In this document: positions 1-9,823 of the stretch, piece by piece
How positions within the stretch are numbered: the stretch's first letter is position 1
Layout of the letters: each line of letters starts with the position of its first letter
IMG/VR virus record: IMGVR_UViG_3300023174_003623
Span: 90,778-154,777 of that record
DNA: 64,000 bases
Source: a virus
Direction: 5' to 3' (one strand)
Made by a program: the position numbers and the translations under genes
The notes under the pieces: model-generated
The model's input: the letters and a program-made list of their open reading frames with translations, nothing else
What the model was told of the DNA's origin: nothing
The model's database searches: none

Positions 1-4
1 GTCT

Positions 5-1666
5 ATGTTTGTTCCTATCAATTCAGCATATAATGTATCTATTCCTACAAATATTTCAAATGCAGGAATTTCATTTATTGTAGGATCAAACCAAGCTACT
101 ATCTTTATTGCTAATAGTGCTGGTAGTTGGGATACTGGTGCAGGTACAAGTTCTGCACAATATGGTCTAGAAGCAATTGTAGCTAATACACTTATAGTTG
201 GTAGTATTCTAAAAGCTGGTAATGCTACATTAGGTATACAAGATCTTCGTATTACTGGATTTGCTGCTAACGCTGTATATTCTGCTGGTAATACAACTTA
301 TGTAGTTAATTTAAATACCAATTATAGTTTATCTTCTAATTTTTATGCAAATACAATTGTAAACAATTGGGAATACTATAACGCAGTTTCTAAAGCTCCT
401 AGTCCTTCAGTTTATCAAAAGAGTTTTGGTGGTAATTCGGCAGTTGTCGATGAACTTCATGTTGTAGTTGCCGATGAAGATGGCAAATTTACTGGTGTTC
501 CCGGTACAATTCTTGAAGTATTCCAAGGTCTTTCAAGAGCTACAGATGCTAAAACACAAGATGGTAATACATTATACTACAAAAATGTAATTAATCAAAA
601 TTCAAATTATGTTTGGTGGGCATCTGATCGTGGTGGTTCTAGTTCAGCAACTTCTCTTGTAATTACCAATTCAACTAATTCTAAACCAATGACTTTATCA
701 TTTATTAATGGTTCAGATGGTGTTGATGAATCAAGCATTGCAATTGGCAATTTAACTCGTGCTTATGACAAATTTAAATCCGCAGAAGATATTGATGTTT
801 CGCTCATTCTTCAAGGTAAAGCTCGTGGTGGGTCTACACAACCAACTGGTGCTGTTGCCACTGCTGTTGGATATCAACTTGCAAATTATTTAATTGATAA
901 TATTGCTGGCTCTCGCAAAGATTGTGTAGTGTTTATATCACCAGATAAAGATGATGTTGTCAACAATATTGGTAAAGATGAATATCAAGATATTGTTGAT
1001 TTTAGACTTGCGCTTTCTTCTAGTTCATATGCTGTGATAGACTCTGGTTATAAATACCAATATGACAAGTATAATGATGTTTATCGTTGGGTTCCTTTGA
1101 ATGGTGATATTGCTGGTCTTGCAGTTCGTACTGATAATTTAAGAGATCCATGGTGGTCACCTGCTGGTTTTAATCGTGGTCAAATTAAAAATATCATTAA
1201 ACTAGCTTATAATCCTGCTAAAGCAGAACGTGACATTCTTTATAAGAATGATATTAATCCAGTCTGCATATTCCCCGGCCAAGGTACGGTGTTATTTGGT
1301 GATAAAACGCTTCTTGGCAAACCAAGTGCATTTGACCGAATCAACGTTCGTCGTTTGTTCATCGTTCTTGAAAAAGCAATTGCAACTGCCGCTAAATTTA
1401 CGTTATTTGAATTTAATGATGCATTTACAAGAGCACAATTTAGAAACTTAGTTGAACCTTTCCTAAGAGACGTTCAGGGTCGTCGTGGTATCTACGACTT
1501 CAAGGTTGTTTGTGATGAAACAAACAATACTGGTGAAGTTATTGACCGCAACGAATTTGTAGGAGACATTTACATCAAACCAGCACGCAGCATCAACTTT
1601 ATTCAGTTGAACTTTGTAGCAGTTAGAACTGGTGTCGAATTCTCTGAAGTTGTTGGCAATTTCTAA
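5..1666 (+). CDS. gp18: Contractile tail sheath protein (5'-truncated by window)
   Basis: C-terminal sheath motifs WWSPAGFNRG, FGDKTL, FDRINVRRLF, YIKPARSINFIQLNFVA; precedes tail tube. Confidence 0.97.
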   Translation: MFVPINSAYNVSIPTNISNAGISFIVGSNQATIFIANSAGSWDTGAGTSSAQYGLEAIVANTLIVGSILKAGNATLGIQDLRITGFAANAVYSAGNTTYVVNLNTNYSLSSNFYANTIVNNWEYYNAVSKAPSPSVYQKSFGGNSAVVDELHVVVADEDGKFTGVPGTILEVFQGLSRATDAKTQDGNTLYYKNVINQNSNYVWWASDRGGSSSATSLVITNSTNSKPMTLSFINGSDGVDESSIAIGNLTRAYDKFKSAEDIDVSLILQGKARGGSTQPTGAVATAVGYQLANYLIDNIAGSRKDCVVFISPDKDDVVNNIGKDEYQDIVDFRLALSSSSYAVIDSGYKYQYDKYNDVYRWVPLNGDIAGLAVRTDNLRDPWWSPAGFNRGQIKNIIKLAYNPAKAERDILYKNDINPVCIFPGQGTVLFGDKTLLGKPSAFDRINVRRLFIVLEKAIATAAKFTLFEFNDAFTRAQFRNLVEPFLRDVQGRRGIYDFKVVCDETNNTGEVIDRNEFVGDIYIKPARSINFIQLNFVAVRTGVEFSEVVGNF

Positions 1667-1697
1667 TAAATAGGTTTAACTAGCAAGGAGAATTTAA

Positions 1698-2249
1698 ATG
1701 GCTTTCAATATTAATGAAATTAAAAGTCAAATGTTATTTGATGGAGCGCGACCTGCGCTCTTTCAGGTAACTCTACAAAACCCTGCAAATTCTGTAGCAG
1801 ATATTAAGTTTCCATTTATGTGTGAGGCTACAGCATTACCCGCAGCAGATGTTGGTACAGTTCAAGTCCCATATTTTGGTAGATTTATCAAATTAGCTGG
1901 AGACCGTGTTTATGCTGATTGGCAGGTAACTATTATTAATGATGAAGATTTTTTAGTTAGAAATGCCCTTGAAGAGTGGTCTAATAAGATTAACTCTTTC
2001 CAAGGTAACATTAGAGCTTTTGGATCAGCATCACCATTATTATATAAGTCACAGGCGCAAGTAATTCAATATTCAAAAACTGGTGTTCCAATTCGGACTT
2101 ATCAATTTAATGGAATTTTCCCAACTGTTATAAGCGATATTCCGCTTTCATGGTCTACACAAAATGAAATTGAAAGATTTACGGTAACCTTTGCCGTTGA
2201 TTATTGGGAAGTTTCCGGTGGAATTACCGGAAATGCGGGCGGTATTTAA
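1698..2249 (+). CDS. gp19: Tail tube protein
   Basis: GARPALF, VPYFGRFIKLAGDR, WQVTIINDEDF, FTVTFAVDYW; T4 synteny 18-19-20. Confidence 0.95.
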   Translation: MAFNINEIKSQMLFDGARPALFQVTLQNPANSVADIKFPFMCEATALPAADVGTVQVPYFGRFIKLAGDRVYADWQVTIINDEDFLVRNALEEWSNKINSFQGNIRAFGSASPLLYKSQAQVIQYSKTGVPIRTYQFNGIFPTVISDIPLSWSTQNEIERFTVTFAVDYWEVSGGITGNAGGI

Positions 2250-2255
2250 TAATAA

Positions 2256-2283
2256 AGGGGGAAAATTTCTTCCCCCTATTTTT
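2256..2283 (+). terminator. Intrinsic terminator after gp19
   Basis: AGGGGGA/TCCCCCT stem followed by a T run. Confidence 0.65.
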
Positions 2284-2297
2284 AGTGAGATAATATA

Positions 2298-3857
2298 ATG
2301 GCAGGATCACCAAGTATTTTTGGGTTTCAATTCAAGCGAAAAAAAGAAGATGATAAAAGCAATAACGAATCATTCGCACCGTTAATTCAAGATGACGGTG
2401 CAGTCGCTGTTGCGGCTGGTGGTGCATATGGTACTTATGTAGATTTAGAAGGTTCTGCTCGTACAGAAGCAGAACTTGTTACCAAATACCGAGAAATGTC
2501 GCTTCATGCAGAACTCGATTCTGCAATTGAAGATATTGTTAATGAAGCGATTATTGTAGATGATGATTTTGATCGCGCTATCGAAATCAATCTAGATAAA
2601 ACTGGACTTTCTGATAAACTTAAAGGTGCTATTCGTCAAGAGTTTTCTCAAATTCTTCAGTTGTTTGAATTCAATACACACAGCTATGATATCTTTAGAC
2701 GTTGGTATATTGATGGTAGACTATACTATCATGTAATTATCGATGATGCTAGACCCCAAGATGGTATTAAAGAATTTCGGTATATAGATCCAAGAAAAAT
2801 TCGTAAGATTCGTGAAGTAAAGAAAAAGCCTATACCAAATTTTAACATTGAAGTTACAAAAAATCAACAAGAATATTTTATATACAATGAAAAGGGGTTT
2901 AGTCAAAACATAGGCCCAACTTCTACTGGTACTGGTAGCACTGGTGTTAAGATTTCTGCTGATGCAATTCTTCATATTACATCAGGATTAACAGATAAAA
3001 ACAATCAATTAGTATTAGGATTTCTTCATACTGCAATTAAGCCATTAAATCAACTTAGAACACTTGAAGATGCCACATTAATTTATAGAATTTCTCGCGC
3101 ACCAGAACGTCGAGTATTTTATATCGATGTAGGTAACTTGCCTAAAATGAAAGCTGAACAATATCTTCGTGATATTATGGCAAGATTTAAAAACCGAGTT
3201 GTGTACGATTCTTCTACTGGTGAAGTAAGAGATGACAGAAAGTTTATGACCATGTTAGAAGATTTCTGGCTACCTCGTCGTGAAGGTGGTAAAGGAACAG
3301 AAATTCAAACACTTCCTCCCGGTCAAAATTTGGGGCAATTAGAAGATGTTAAATACTTTCAAAGAAATCTTTACAAAGCTTTAAAAATTCCTGTCAATCG
3401 TATTGAACCTGAACAGACTTACAATCTTGGTCGTGCAACTGAAATTACAAGAGACGAAGTGAAATTTGCTAAATTTGTAAATAGATTGCAGACTCGTTTT
3501 GCAACTTTATTTTTAAATGCTCTTGAAAAACAATTAATTCTTAAAAAGATTATCACACCAGAAGATTGGGTGGTTCTCAGTAATTCAATATCATTTGATT
3601 TTGCTAGAGATAATCATTATGCAGAATTGAAAGAATTAGAAATTGTAAACAACAGAATGGCGGCTGTACAAGCTGTAGACCCATTTGTTGGAAAATATTT
3701 CTCAGTTGAGTGGGTTCAGAAAAACCTTTTACGTCAAAAAGATGAAGATATAGAAGAAATTATGCAACAAATAGGTAATGAAGTCCAGCAGGGAATTATT
3801 CAACCTGTAGAACAACCAGAGCAGGCTGCTGCTCCTGCCAAATCAAGTAAAAAATAA
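2298..3857 (+). CDS. gp20: Portal vertex protein
   Basis: FRRWYIDGRLYYH, IYRISRAPERRVFYIDVGNLPK, EDFWLPRREGGKGTEI. Confidence 0.98.
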   Translation: MAGSPSIFGFQFKRKKEDDKSNNESFAPLIQDDGAVAVAAGGAYGTYVDLEGSARTEAELVTKYREMSLHAELDSAIEDIVNEAIIVDDDFDRAIEINLDKTGLSDKLKGAIRQEFSQILQLFEFNTHSYDIFRRWYIDGRLYYHVIIDDARPQDGIKEFRYIDPRKIRKIREVKKKPIPNFNIEVTKNQQEYFIYNEKGFSQNIGPTSTGTGSTGVKISADAILHITSGLTDKNNQLVLGFLHTAIKPLNQLRTLEDATLIYRISRAPERRVFYIDVGNLPKMKAEQYLRDIMARFKNRVVYDSSTGEVRDDRKFMTMLEDFWLPRREGGKGTEIQTLPPGQNLGQLEDVKYFQRNLYKALKIPVNRIEPEQTYNLGRATEITRDEVKFAKFVNRLQTRFATLFLNALEKQLILKKIITPEDWVVLSNSISFDFARDNHYAELKELEIVNNRMAAVQAVDPFVGKYFSVEWVQKNLLRQKDEDIEEIMQQIGNEVQQGIIQPVEQPEQAAAPAKSSKK

Positions 3858-3860
3858 TTT

Positions 3861-3868
3861 TATAAATA
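3861..3868 (+). promoter_or_regulatory. T4-type late promoter TATAAATA
   Basis: Exact TATAAATA upstream of prohead core genes; other intergenic or gene-boundary copies at 7268, 8760, 19234, 24324, 32921, 33837, 36892, 41008 (+) and 25700, 41004 (-). Confidence 0.85.
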
Positions 3869-3880
3869 TAGGAAATTACC

Positions 3881-4141
3881 ATGTCTAATATAGAAATAAT
3901 TGATTTAATTAAGTATGCAAATGAAAATCAACCTGTAAATTTTTCGGCTGCATTAGACAATATTTTAAGTCAAAAGACATTAGATGCTCTTGTTACAAAA
4001 AAAGAAGAAGTATCATCTACAATGTTCAATGGCCCAGATGATGAAGAATATGAAGATGATGAAGAATATGAAGATGATGAAGAATATGAAAATACAGAAG
4101 ACAACACCGAATTAGAAGACGATGGAGAAATAGATGATTAA
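3881..4141 (+). CDS. gp67: Prohead core protein (gp67-like), acidic tail
   Basis: Small acidic protein right after portal; DDEEYE x3 encoded by an 18-bp tandem repeat. Confidence 0.7.
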   Translation: MSNIEIIDLIKYANENQPVNFSAALDNILSQKTLDALVTKKEEVSSTMFNGPDDEEYEDDEEYEDDEEYENTEDNTELEDDGEIDD

Positions 4142-5132
4142 TTTATCAGAACTTTTAGATCGTGCTAAAAAGAAGGCTTTAGAAAAACCTGATAATAAAG
4201 ATGGGTATGCTCCAAAAAGCACTGATGAATTACGATTCAAACGTAAACATGTAGTTAATACTACACCAGATGCTAATAAAAATGGTGATGATGTGTTCAA
4301 GGGCACCAGCGTTAAGGCTGTAGATCGTGCTGGAACACGCTTTGGTTATAATCCCGGTCAAGATGAAGAAGTTTATGAAGAAGTCAAGAAGAAAAAAGTG
4401 TGCAAGGAATGTGGTAAAAAATACACAGGAAAGCAATGTTCTTGTTGCATGAATGAAGCAAAAACAAGAATGCCATTAGATGGGCACCCTTATCATAATA
4501 AATCTGATGCTGAATTAAAATACATAATTAAAGATGCGGGTGAAGCTGCTCAGGCTATGCGTGGTCAAGATTCCAAAGCTGAAAATAAATATTTAGACCA
4601 AGTTAATGATGCATCCACAATTCTTGCTTATCGTCAAAAGCTTCAAAAAAATTCTTATGAACCAGATGGTGAACATATTTCTGAAATGCAATGGAATTAT
4701 GGAAAAAAAAGAGAACCATCACCAAATCCACACCCAGACCATGAATTCAATAAATTATCAGACAAAGAATTAAAAAATATTATAGACACACATAATCAAA
4801 CTTATCCAGAACGCAATGATTATGACCCAACCGGTAACAGACCTTCAAGAAAAACTCCATTAGGGAGTAATTGGTCTTATATGTCAGATAGAGACAAACA
4901 AAAAGAGATAAAACAAAACCCAAAAATTCAAGAATACTTGAAATCAGCTAAAAATTTTCCAATTGCTAAGGAGATCTTACGTTGGAGAGACGGTCAAGTT
5001 AATGAATCTGCTGCTCCCGGTAAAGAAGATTGGATTAAAGCAAATAAACAAAGATTTATCAAGCAATATGGTAAAGAAAAAGGATTAAAAATCCTTTATG
5101 CCAAAGCTTGGGCAATGTCAAAGGGTAAATAA
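4134..5132 (+). CDS. Prohead core / internal head protein at the gp68 position, modular
   Basis: Position between gp67 and gp21; C-terminal SAAPGKEDWIKANKQRFIKQYG...LYAKAW module. Confidence 0.55.
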   Translation: MINLSELLDRAKKKALEKPDNKDGYAPKSTDELRFKRKHVVNTTPDANKNGDDVFKGTSVKAVDRAGTRFGYNPGQDEEVYEEVKKKKVCKECGKKYTGKQCSCCMNEAKTRMPLDGHPYHNKSDAELKYIIKDAGEAAQAMRGQDSKAENKYLDQVNDASTILAYRQKLQKNSYEPDGEHISEMQWNYGKKREPSPNPHPDHEFNKLSDKELKNIIDTHNQTYPERNDYDPTGNRPSRKTPLGSNWSYMSDRDKQKEIKQNPKIQEYLKSAKNFPIAKEILRWRDGQVNESAAPGKEDWIKANKQRFIKQYGKEKGLKILYAKAWAMSKGK

Positions 5133-5134
5133 CT

Positions 5135-5545
5135 ATGGCAACAATGATTAATAGATCTGGGGCTTCTGCAATTATTCATGTAACATCTAACGATTGTGTT
5201 GTTATTGCTGGTAATCCTACCGTTAGTAATATTGCATTTGGTAATAGCACTGTATTTGAAACCATAACAGGAGCTTCTATTACACAAGTTTGGTGGGGTT
5301 CTACAGGTATTTCAGGCAATTCTTATTGGGTGGTCAATCGAGGCTTAGGTAGTGCTGGTTCTCCAGTTACAACAGTTAATGCTAATACGGTTTTAGTTTT
5401 ACCAGATTCCGGTTATATGGATTACGCAGGTGCTGGTGCGGCGTTGATTAAAAATTTAACTGCCAATTGCTCAGTTGCTTTATATAATAGCACCACTGGT
5501 TATTTGATGGTTGAATTCCAAAAAACACCAACAATTGACAAATAA
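5135..5545 (+). CDS. Hypothetical virion protein
   Basis: G/N/T/V-rich ORF inside the head operon. Confidence 0.6.
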   Translation: MATMINRSGASAIIHVTSNDCVVIAGNPTVSNIAFGNSTVFETITGASITQVWWGSTGISGNSYWVVNRGLGSAGSPVTTVNANTVLVLPDSGYMDYAGAGAALIKNLTANCSVALYNSTTGYLMVEFQKTPTIDK

Positions 5546-5554
5546 GGAACTAAC

Positions 5555-6214
5555 ATGAAACTTATCTGCGAACAAATAGAAAATGTTAGATACGTTGTAG
5601 AATCTAAAGAATCTGGTAAAAAAGATTTCTACATTGAAGGCATTTTTATGCAAGGCGAAATTCAAAATAGAAACGGTCGAGTATATCCCGTTACTGTTTT
5701 AGAAAAAGAATGCGCTCGTTACATGAAAGAAGCTGTAAAGCAAAATAGAGCTTATGGCGAACTTGGGCATCCTAATGGCCCTTCAATTAATCTTGATCGA
5801 GTTTCTCATTTGATTACAGATCTTCGTCAAGAGGGATCTAATTTCTACGGTCGTGCTAAGATCATGGAAACTCCAATGGGAAATATCGTAAGAAATATTA
5901 TGGAAGGTGGCGGATCATTTGGTGTTTCTACTCGTGGTATGGGATCTATTAAAGAAAATAAATCTGGCGTTATGGAAGTACAAGACGATTTTCATCTCGC
6001 AACTGCCGCAGACATTGTTGCAGACCCTTCAGCCCCTGATGCATTTGTTCGTGGCATTATGGAAGGGGTTGAGTGGCTTTGGGACAATGGCATACTTAAG
6101 GCACATAAGCTTGAAGAGATGAAGACAACAATTACAAAGGCTTCATCAAAGAATCTCGAAGAAACAAAATTGAATGTTTTCAAGAGTTTTATCAACGAAT
6201 TAGTTAAAAGATAA
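5555..6214 (+). CDS. gp21: Prohead protease
   Basis: NRNGRVYP, AYGELGHP, GVSTRGMGS, ADIVADPSAPDAFV. Confidence 0.97.
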   Translation: MKLICEQIENVRYVVESKESGKKDFYIEGIFMQGEIQNRNGRVYPVTVLEKECARYMKEAVKQNRAYGELGHPNGPSINLDRVSHLITDLRQEGSNFYGRAKIMETPMGNIVRNIMEGGGSFGVSTRGMGSIKENKSGVMEVQDDFHLATAADIVADPSAPDAFVRGIMEGVEWLWDNGILKAHKLEEMKTTITKASSKNLEETKLNVFKSFINELVKR

Positions 6215-6259
6215 CTTTTAATAAATACATAAAACATAATTTTTAGAGGAGTTTCTAAG

Positions 6260-7255
6260 ATGAACCTTACAGAAACAATAAAGAACATGAAACAAAATAT
6301 TAATGAAGCTGTTCAAAATGGTGGCGGTACTACTGGTGTATCCATGGTACCTGATCCAACAAATGTTCGTGCAAAGCCTCCCGGTAATAGCAAGATACAA
6401 GGGGATATGAAGGTAATCAATCCTATTGCTGGTGATGAAGAAGAAACAGACCCAGAAAACAATAGTGCACCTACAAATACATCCGCAGATAAAAATAGAG
6501 CCACAATTGCTGCAAAAGGAACTGGCATGAAAGAACATATCATTTCAATGTTCGACGGAGAAGATCTCTCTGAAGAATTCAAAGAAAAAGCTGGCACACT
6601 ATTTGAAGTTGCAGTAAATCAACGTGTTGCCGAACTTCAAGAAGAATTTGAAATTGTTCTTGCTGAAGAAATTGAAAAAATAGAAGAAGAAGCCACTGCT
6701 CAAATTGAAGAGCTTGTCGCTAAGCTTGACGAATATCTTTCTTATGTTGCCGAACAGTGGGTTGCCGAGAACGAAATCGCAATAGAAACTGGTCTCAAAG
6801 CTGATATTACAGAAGGTTTTATCGAAGGTTTAAGAGATCTTTTTGCAGAACATTATATTGATGTTCCTGATGAAAAATTTGATGTTGTTGAGGAATTGGC
6901 TGCTCGTGTTGAAGAACTTGAGGGTCAGTTAAACGAAGCTATAAACGAAAACATTAAGCTTAATTCTTCGATCACCGAAATGACTGCTGAAGAAACTTTT
7001 AATGAAGTTGCTGAAGGTCTTGCTTCTACTCAGGTAGAAAAATTCAAGCATTTGGCAGAAGGTATTGAATTTGATGACGTTTCAAATTTCAAGAAAAAGC
7101 TTAATATCATCAAAGAAAATTACTTCTCCACAGGAGTCGTAGAAAAGAAAACTTCTAATCTTCTAGAGGAATCTTTTGAAGGCGAAGAAGAACCAAAAAA
7201 TCATGGTCCAATGGCTAACTATGTTAGAGCCATTAGCAGGAACATTGTTAAGTAA
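6260..7255 (+). CDS. gp22: Prohead core scaffold protein
   Basis: Acidic coiled coil, LDEYLSYVAEQW, LFAEHYIDVP, IIKENYF; precedes gp23. Confidence 0.93.
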   Translation: MNLTETIKNMKQNINEAVQNGGGTTGVSMVPDPTNVRAKPPGNSKIQGDMKVINPIAGDEEETDPENNSAPTNTSADKNRATIAAKGTGMKEHIISMFDGEDLSEEFKEKAGTLFEVAVNQRVAELQEEFEIVLAEEIEKIEEEATAQIEELVAKLDEYLSYVAEQWVAENEIAIETGLKADITEGFIEGLRDLFAEHYIDVPDEKFDVVEELAARVEELEGQLNEAINENIKLNSSITEMTAEETFNEVAEGLASTQVEKFKHLAEGIEFDDVSNFKKKLNIIKENYFSTGVVEKKTSNLLEESFEGEEEPKNHGPMANYVRAISRNIVK

Positions 7256-7317
7256 AAAAATTAAATTTATAAATAGTTAAAAGCAAAATAATTAATTGCT
7301 TACAAAGGAGAATCCCA

Positions 7318-8667
7318 ATGATGTTAACTGAAGATGCACAAAGAAAGTGGGCACCCGTTCTACAGCACCCAGATCTACCAAAGATCTCCGATGCTCATCG
7401 TCGTGCCGTAACCGCAATAATCCTAGAAAACACAGAGTACGCTCTCCGTGAAGCCGGTGCCCATCTTGGTCATCAAAGACTTCTAGGTGAAGATGCACCC
7501 AACAACGCAATCGGCAACCCAGCCTCAGATAATTCTGGTGCTATCGATACCTTCGATCCAGTATTAATTTCATTGGTTCGTCGCTCAATGCCAAATCTAA
7601 TTGCCTATGATATCTGCGGCGTTCAGCCAATGACAGGTCCAACTGGTTTGATTTTCGCAATGCGTTCACGTTATACTAATCAAACTGGCACTGAAGCGTT
7701 ATTTAACGAAGCAAATTCAATGTTTGCTACAACAAGAATAGCAGGCACTGGCCTTGGTAATAACTCTGTTGGTACTTCTCCCGTTGCAAACAACAGCATT
7801 ACGAATAACCTTTACAACACTGGTAAAGGTGCTCTTACTGCTAATGCCGAAGCTTTAGGTACAACCAATAACCCAGACATTCCTCAAATGGCTTTCAGCA
7901 TCGAGAAGGTAACCGTAACGGCTCTAACTCGTGCTCTAAAAGCTGAATACACAATGGAACTTGCTCAGGATCTAAAGGCTATTCATGGTCTAGATGCCGA
8001 AACAGAACTATCTAATATTCTAAGTTCTGAAATTCTAGCTGAAATCAACCGTGAAGTCATTCGTACAATCAACATTACTGCAAGACAAGGTGCCAGTTCT
8101 GGTACAACTACTGCCGGTGTGTTCGACCTTGATACGGACTCCAATGGTCGTTGGTCAGTTGAAAAGTTCAAAGGTCTAATGTTCCAAGTAGAACGTGAAT
8201 GTAATCAGATTGCCAAAGAAACCCGTCGTGGTAAAGGCAATATTCTAATCTGCTCTTCTGACGTAGCTTCTGCTCTTCAGATGGCAGGTGTTCTAGATTA
8301 CGCTCCTGCTCTAAATAGCAATAACCTAAATGTTGACGATACTGGCAACACCTTTGCTGGTGTTCTAAATGGTCGTATCCGTGTCTACATTGACCCATAT
8401 ACAACTGGTAATTATCTAACAACTGGTTATAAAGGTTCAAGCCCATTCGATGCCGGTCTATTCTATTGCCCATATGTTCCACTACAAATGGTTCGTGCGG
8501 TCGATCAGGGTAGCTTCCAGCCAAAGATTGGTTTCAAGACCCGCTACGGTATTGTTGCTAATCCATTCGCTGAAGCCACTAATGCTGCCACACCAGCAAA
8601 TAGCGGTCGTCTAGTAGAAGATTCTAACGTCTACTATCGTCGTATGGTTGTTACCAACATCATGTAA
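7318..8667 (+). CDS. gp23: Major capsid protein
   Basis: DICGVQPMTGPTGLIFAMR, RALKAEYTMELAQDLKAIHGLDAE, FQPKIGFKTRYG. Confidence 0.99.
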   Translation: MMLTEDAQRKWAPVLQHPDLPKISDAHRRAVTAIILENTEYALREAGAHLGHQRLLGEDAPNNAIGNPASDNSGAIDTFDPVLISLVRRSMPNLIAYDICGVQPMTGPTGLIFAMRSRYTNQTGTEALFNEANSMFATTRIAGTGLGNNSVGTSPVANNSITNNLYNTGKGALTANAEALGTTNNPDIPQMAFSIEKVTVTALTRALKAEYTMELAQDLKAIHGLDAETELSNILSSEILAEINREVIRTINITARQGASSGTTTAGVFDLDTDSNGRWSVEKFKGLMFQVERECNQIAKETRRGKGNILICSSDVASALQMAGVLDYAPALNSNNLNVDDTGNTFAGVLNGRIRVYIDPYTTGNYLTTGYKGSSPFDAGLFYCPYVPLQMVRAVDQGSFQPKIGFKTRYGIVANPFAEATNAATPANSGRLVEDSNVYYRRMVVTNIM

Positions 8668-8678
8668 TTAAGGTACAA

Positions 8679-8758
8679 AAAGAGGGGGTTTATGCCCCCT
8701 CTTTCCTTATAAGAAGATTGTTATAAATTATAGGAGAGTAACCCTCTCCTATTTTTTT
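8679..8758 (+). terminator. Two tandem hairpins / intrinsic terminator after gp23
   Basis: AAAGAGGGGG/CCCCCTCTTT hairpin, then ATAGGAGAG/CTCTCCTAT hairpin plus T run. Confidence 0.75.
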
Positions 8759-8787
8759 GTATAAATATTATGATAAAGGAGATTTTT

Positions 8788-9324
8788 ATGTCAGCTTTAT
8801 CAAATCAACCCACAAATAAAAACTTTATGTCTCCGTTAGGATTTAAATTCCTAATTAAGAAGACACCTAATATCAATTGGTTTATACAATCCGTAAACCT
8901 CCCCGGAATCAAAGTTCCTCCTGCGCCTATTGATACTCCTTTTGTTCGCATTCCATTTAGTGGAGAACAAATGACATTTGATGATTTAAGGATTACTTTT
9001 CGTGTTGATGAAGACATGAAAAATTATCTTGAAATATACAATTGGATTATCGGTACAGCATTTCCTGAAACATTTGAACAATATGAAGGTATTGGTCCCA
9101 GTACATCTAATACTAACAGATTTACTAAACCGGGTCAACTAAAATCTGATGCATCTTTAATAATTATGAATTCTGCTATGAATCCTATCTTAGATATTTC
9201 TTTTTATGATGTAGCCCCTACGGAATTATCTGCAATATCATTTGATACTAGACTTACAGATGTTTCTTACATTGATGCCTCAGTAACATTTTCTTATCTT
9301 AGATACAAAATTAATACGATTTAG
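8788..9324 (+). CDS. gp3: Tail completion / tube terminator protein
   Basis: NFMSPLGFKF, QSVNLPGI, FRVDEDMKNYLEIYNWI; start set by AAGGAG RBS. Confidence 0.88.
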   Translation: MSALSNQPTNKNFMSPLGFKFLIKKTPNINWFIQSVNLPGIKVPPAPIDTPFVRIPFSGEQMTFDDLRITFRVDEDMKNYLEIYNWIIGTAFPETFEQYEGIGPSTSNTNRFTKPGQLKSDASLIIMNSAMNPILDISFYDVAPTELSAISFDTRLTDVSYIDASVTFSYLRYKINTI

Positions 9325-9327
9325 CTA

Positions 9328-9355
9328 TTGACATTTTAAAAAATACTGGTATAAT
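9328..9355 (+). promoter_or_regulatory. Sigma70-like promoter for uvsY operon
   Basis: TTGACA-N16-TATAAT. Confidence 0.7.
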
Positions 9356-9388
9356 CAGTAATGTCTTGAATCATATAATGGAAGTATT

Positions 9389-9823
9389 ATGAAGTTAGAA
9401 GAAATACAGTCTATGTGGAAAGAACACTGTAACATTGACAGAAGTGAACTTGGTGAGGAAAGCTTAAAGATTTCTCAATATCATTCTATTTACTTTAAGA
9501 TTTTTTCAGAGGAACGTCTTCTTCTTAAGAAACTTGAAAGGTCTTATAAATCTTTATATAAAACTAAGTATGAATATTACAATGGATCGATTAGCTATGA
9601 AGAATTAAAAGAGAACGGATGGGAACCTTTTGGATTAAAGATTCTTAAATCAGATACACATATATACTTAGACTCAGATAAAGATGTGATATCCCTTCAG
9701 CTTAAGATTGAATACCAAAAAGAAAAAATTGATTTCTTAGAAAATATTATTAAGAGCTTAAACGCAAGAGGATATCAAATTAAAAATGCAATTGATTGGT
9801 CTAAGTTTATAAATGGTGTTTGA
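9389..9823 (+). CDS. uvsY: Recombination mediator
   Basis: YEYYNG, YLDSDKD, RGYQIKNAIDWSKF; precedes uvsW. Confidence 0.92.
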   Translation: MKLEEIQSMWKEHCNIDRSELGEESLKISQYHSIYFKIFSEERLLLKKLERSYKSLYKTKYEYYNGSISYEELKENGWEPFGLKILKSDTHIYLDSDKDVISLQLKIEYQKEKIDFLENIIKSLNARGYQIKNAIDWSKFINGV

